From Podarcis vaucheri (taxonomy: Eukaryota): a stretch of 64,000 nt of DNA. The number at the start of each line of letters is the position of its first letter. The first letter of the stretch is position 1. Below the pieces are notes generated by a model that saw only the letters and a program-made list of their open reading frames with translations, was not told the origin of the DNA and did not search any database. Position numbers and translations under genes: made by a program. The DNA lies in the NCBI GenBank assembly GCA_965113315.1, contig OZ220365.1; one strand, 5' to 3'. Below, piece after piece: positions 62,545 through 64,000 of this stretch.

Positions 62545-64000
62545 TACATCATCAGGCACCAATTCATTTTTCCTCAGAGAGTAAGAATCTAATTGCCAAG
62601 ATTACAGCACAGCAGCAAAGCCGACCTCATTGGCCCTTTCTCTTGGGATGTCGTTTAATATAGGGTCATTTTCCTTTAATTTGCATAGGTTGTCTTGGAT
62701 GCTTGAGTTGAGATTCCTGAGTTACAGTGGGTTGGGCTAGAGGACCCTCAGGGTATAGAGCCCTGCCTGAGACTCTAGGGATGCTGTTGAGTTACCATCA
62801 ACCCAACTGCTAAGATGCTGGCCAGTGGGCAGCCAACAAGGAATGGTATTTCTGCCACTGCAGCAGCAGCAGCAGAGGGAGAGGAGAAGCAAGCCTGTGT
62901 GTTTGTGGCCATGGGGCAGGAGGTATTGACAACAACATACCCAGGGCCCCGGAATAAATCTGACACTTGTTTGTCCAACACTCCACTCCCTGGACTGCAA
63001 CTGCTGCCCAGTTCCCTCTTGGCCCCTTTATGTTTAGTGCCATGGTCTGATTCGACACAGCTGACTCCTGGTGTGGTCAGAAAGCTCAACCCACTTGTGT
63101 TTGGCTAATGCGACTCTTTGAGATAAGCATGTAATACAAGGGTGGCTTTTCACCTGGACTTTTGATCCCTTTCTCTTTGCACAGTGCTCCATGCTTTACT
63201 TCACTGGGAGAAAACTGGCTTATATACTTGGTCAGTCCGTTGGTTCATCTAGGTCACCGTTGTCTCCAGTATGGAGAAGCAAAGGGGAGACCTCCGGACG
63301 ACCTTGGACCACAACTTCTACCCTTCCTGACTTTGGGCCATGCAGCTGTGCTTGGACTTTCACTGTTGTTTCATATTTTATTACGTTTCTTTCTTATAGG
63401 TTTCTCATGGCTACAAGAGGTATTCTGCAAGGGCTCTTTTAAAAATCAGCATGCAGCCGGCCCCCTTTCCTTCCACACACTCTTTCTCACACACAAATTT
63501 GCCAGTTTTCTTTCGTTAGGCCTTTTGGCTGTCCTTTTATTCACTATTTGCTCTGCAACAATTAGCAGCTGATCCCTCTTTTTTTTTTCCTGGCCGATAA
63601 TCCTACCTACACACAGACACACACACTTGCATTTCCTCGCTCAGATTGAGAAATACTTCTACTACAAAGGTAAACAGGTGCTGTTATAGCCAAAATGAAA
63701 TTGTTGGCTAGAACCTAGCACCTAGGTTATAGGTTAAAAACCTAGTCTTGTTTTTTTTGGTTTTGTTTTTAATGTGTTTAATCGTTTTTTCGATACAAAC
63801 ATCAACCGCAAAAGACACATACAACAAAAACCATAATAACAATAATAACACAATTTGACAATTCTGATTTGAATACACTGATATACCTATGACTACGCCT
63901 TTTTAAACAATATTTTCCCACCTCTCTCTCCTCCCCCTACTTCCCACCACTATCCGCCTTATCGCTTAAATATTCGTTCCAGATTTCTTGGATTCAGTCT

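Overview
Repeat-rich vertebrate genomic DNA, most likely from a lacertid lizard (Sauria SINE and Squam3-type SINE content; inferred). It holds the last two coding exons of MRPS5 (+) and a complete four-exon MAL gene (-, 152 aa), arranged tail-to-tail as in other amniotes. Two very young LTR elements lie between the genes. The first is a 6.1-kb class I (gamma/epsilon-like) ERV with near-identical LTRs, a tRNA-Pro PBS and a 4-bp TSD, nested in a Tc1/mariner MITE. Its PR, RT and IN cores are deleted, RNase H lacks its first catalytic motif, the integrase N-terminal domain is duplicated, and its env slot holds unrecognisable ORFs behind a strong splice acceptor. The second is a full-length 5.2-kb Ty1/copia element with one uninterrupted 1381-aa gag-pol ORF, LTRs differing at one visible site, a half-tRNA-type PBS and an RT YxDD motif changed to FVDN. 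The rest is SINEs, L2/CR1/L1/RTE fragments, many hAT/TcMar MITEs, a probable solo LTR in the MAL promoter, a diverged ~580-bp tandem repeat next to a degenerate interstitial telomeric array, and one 170-N gap. All calls were read by eye; family names rest on recalled motifs, not database searches.
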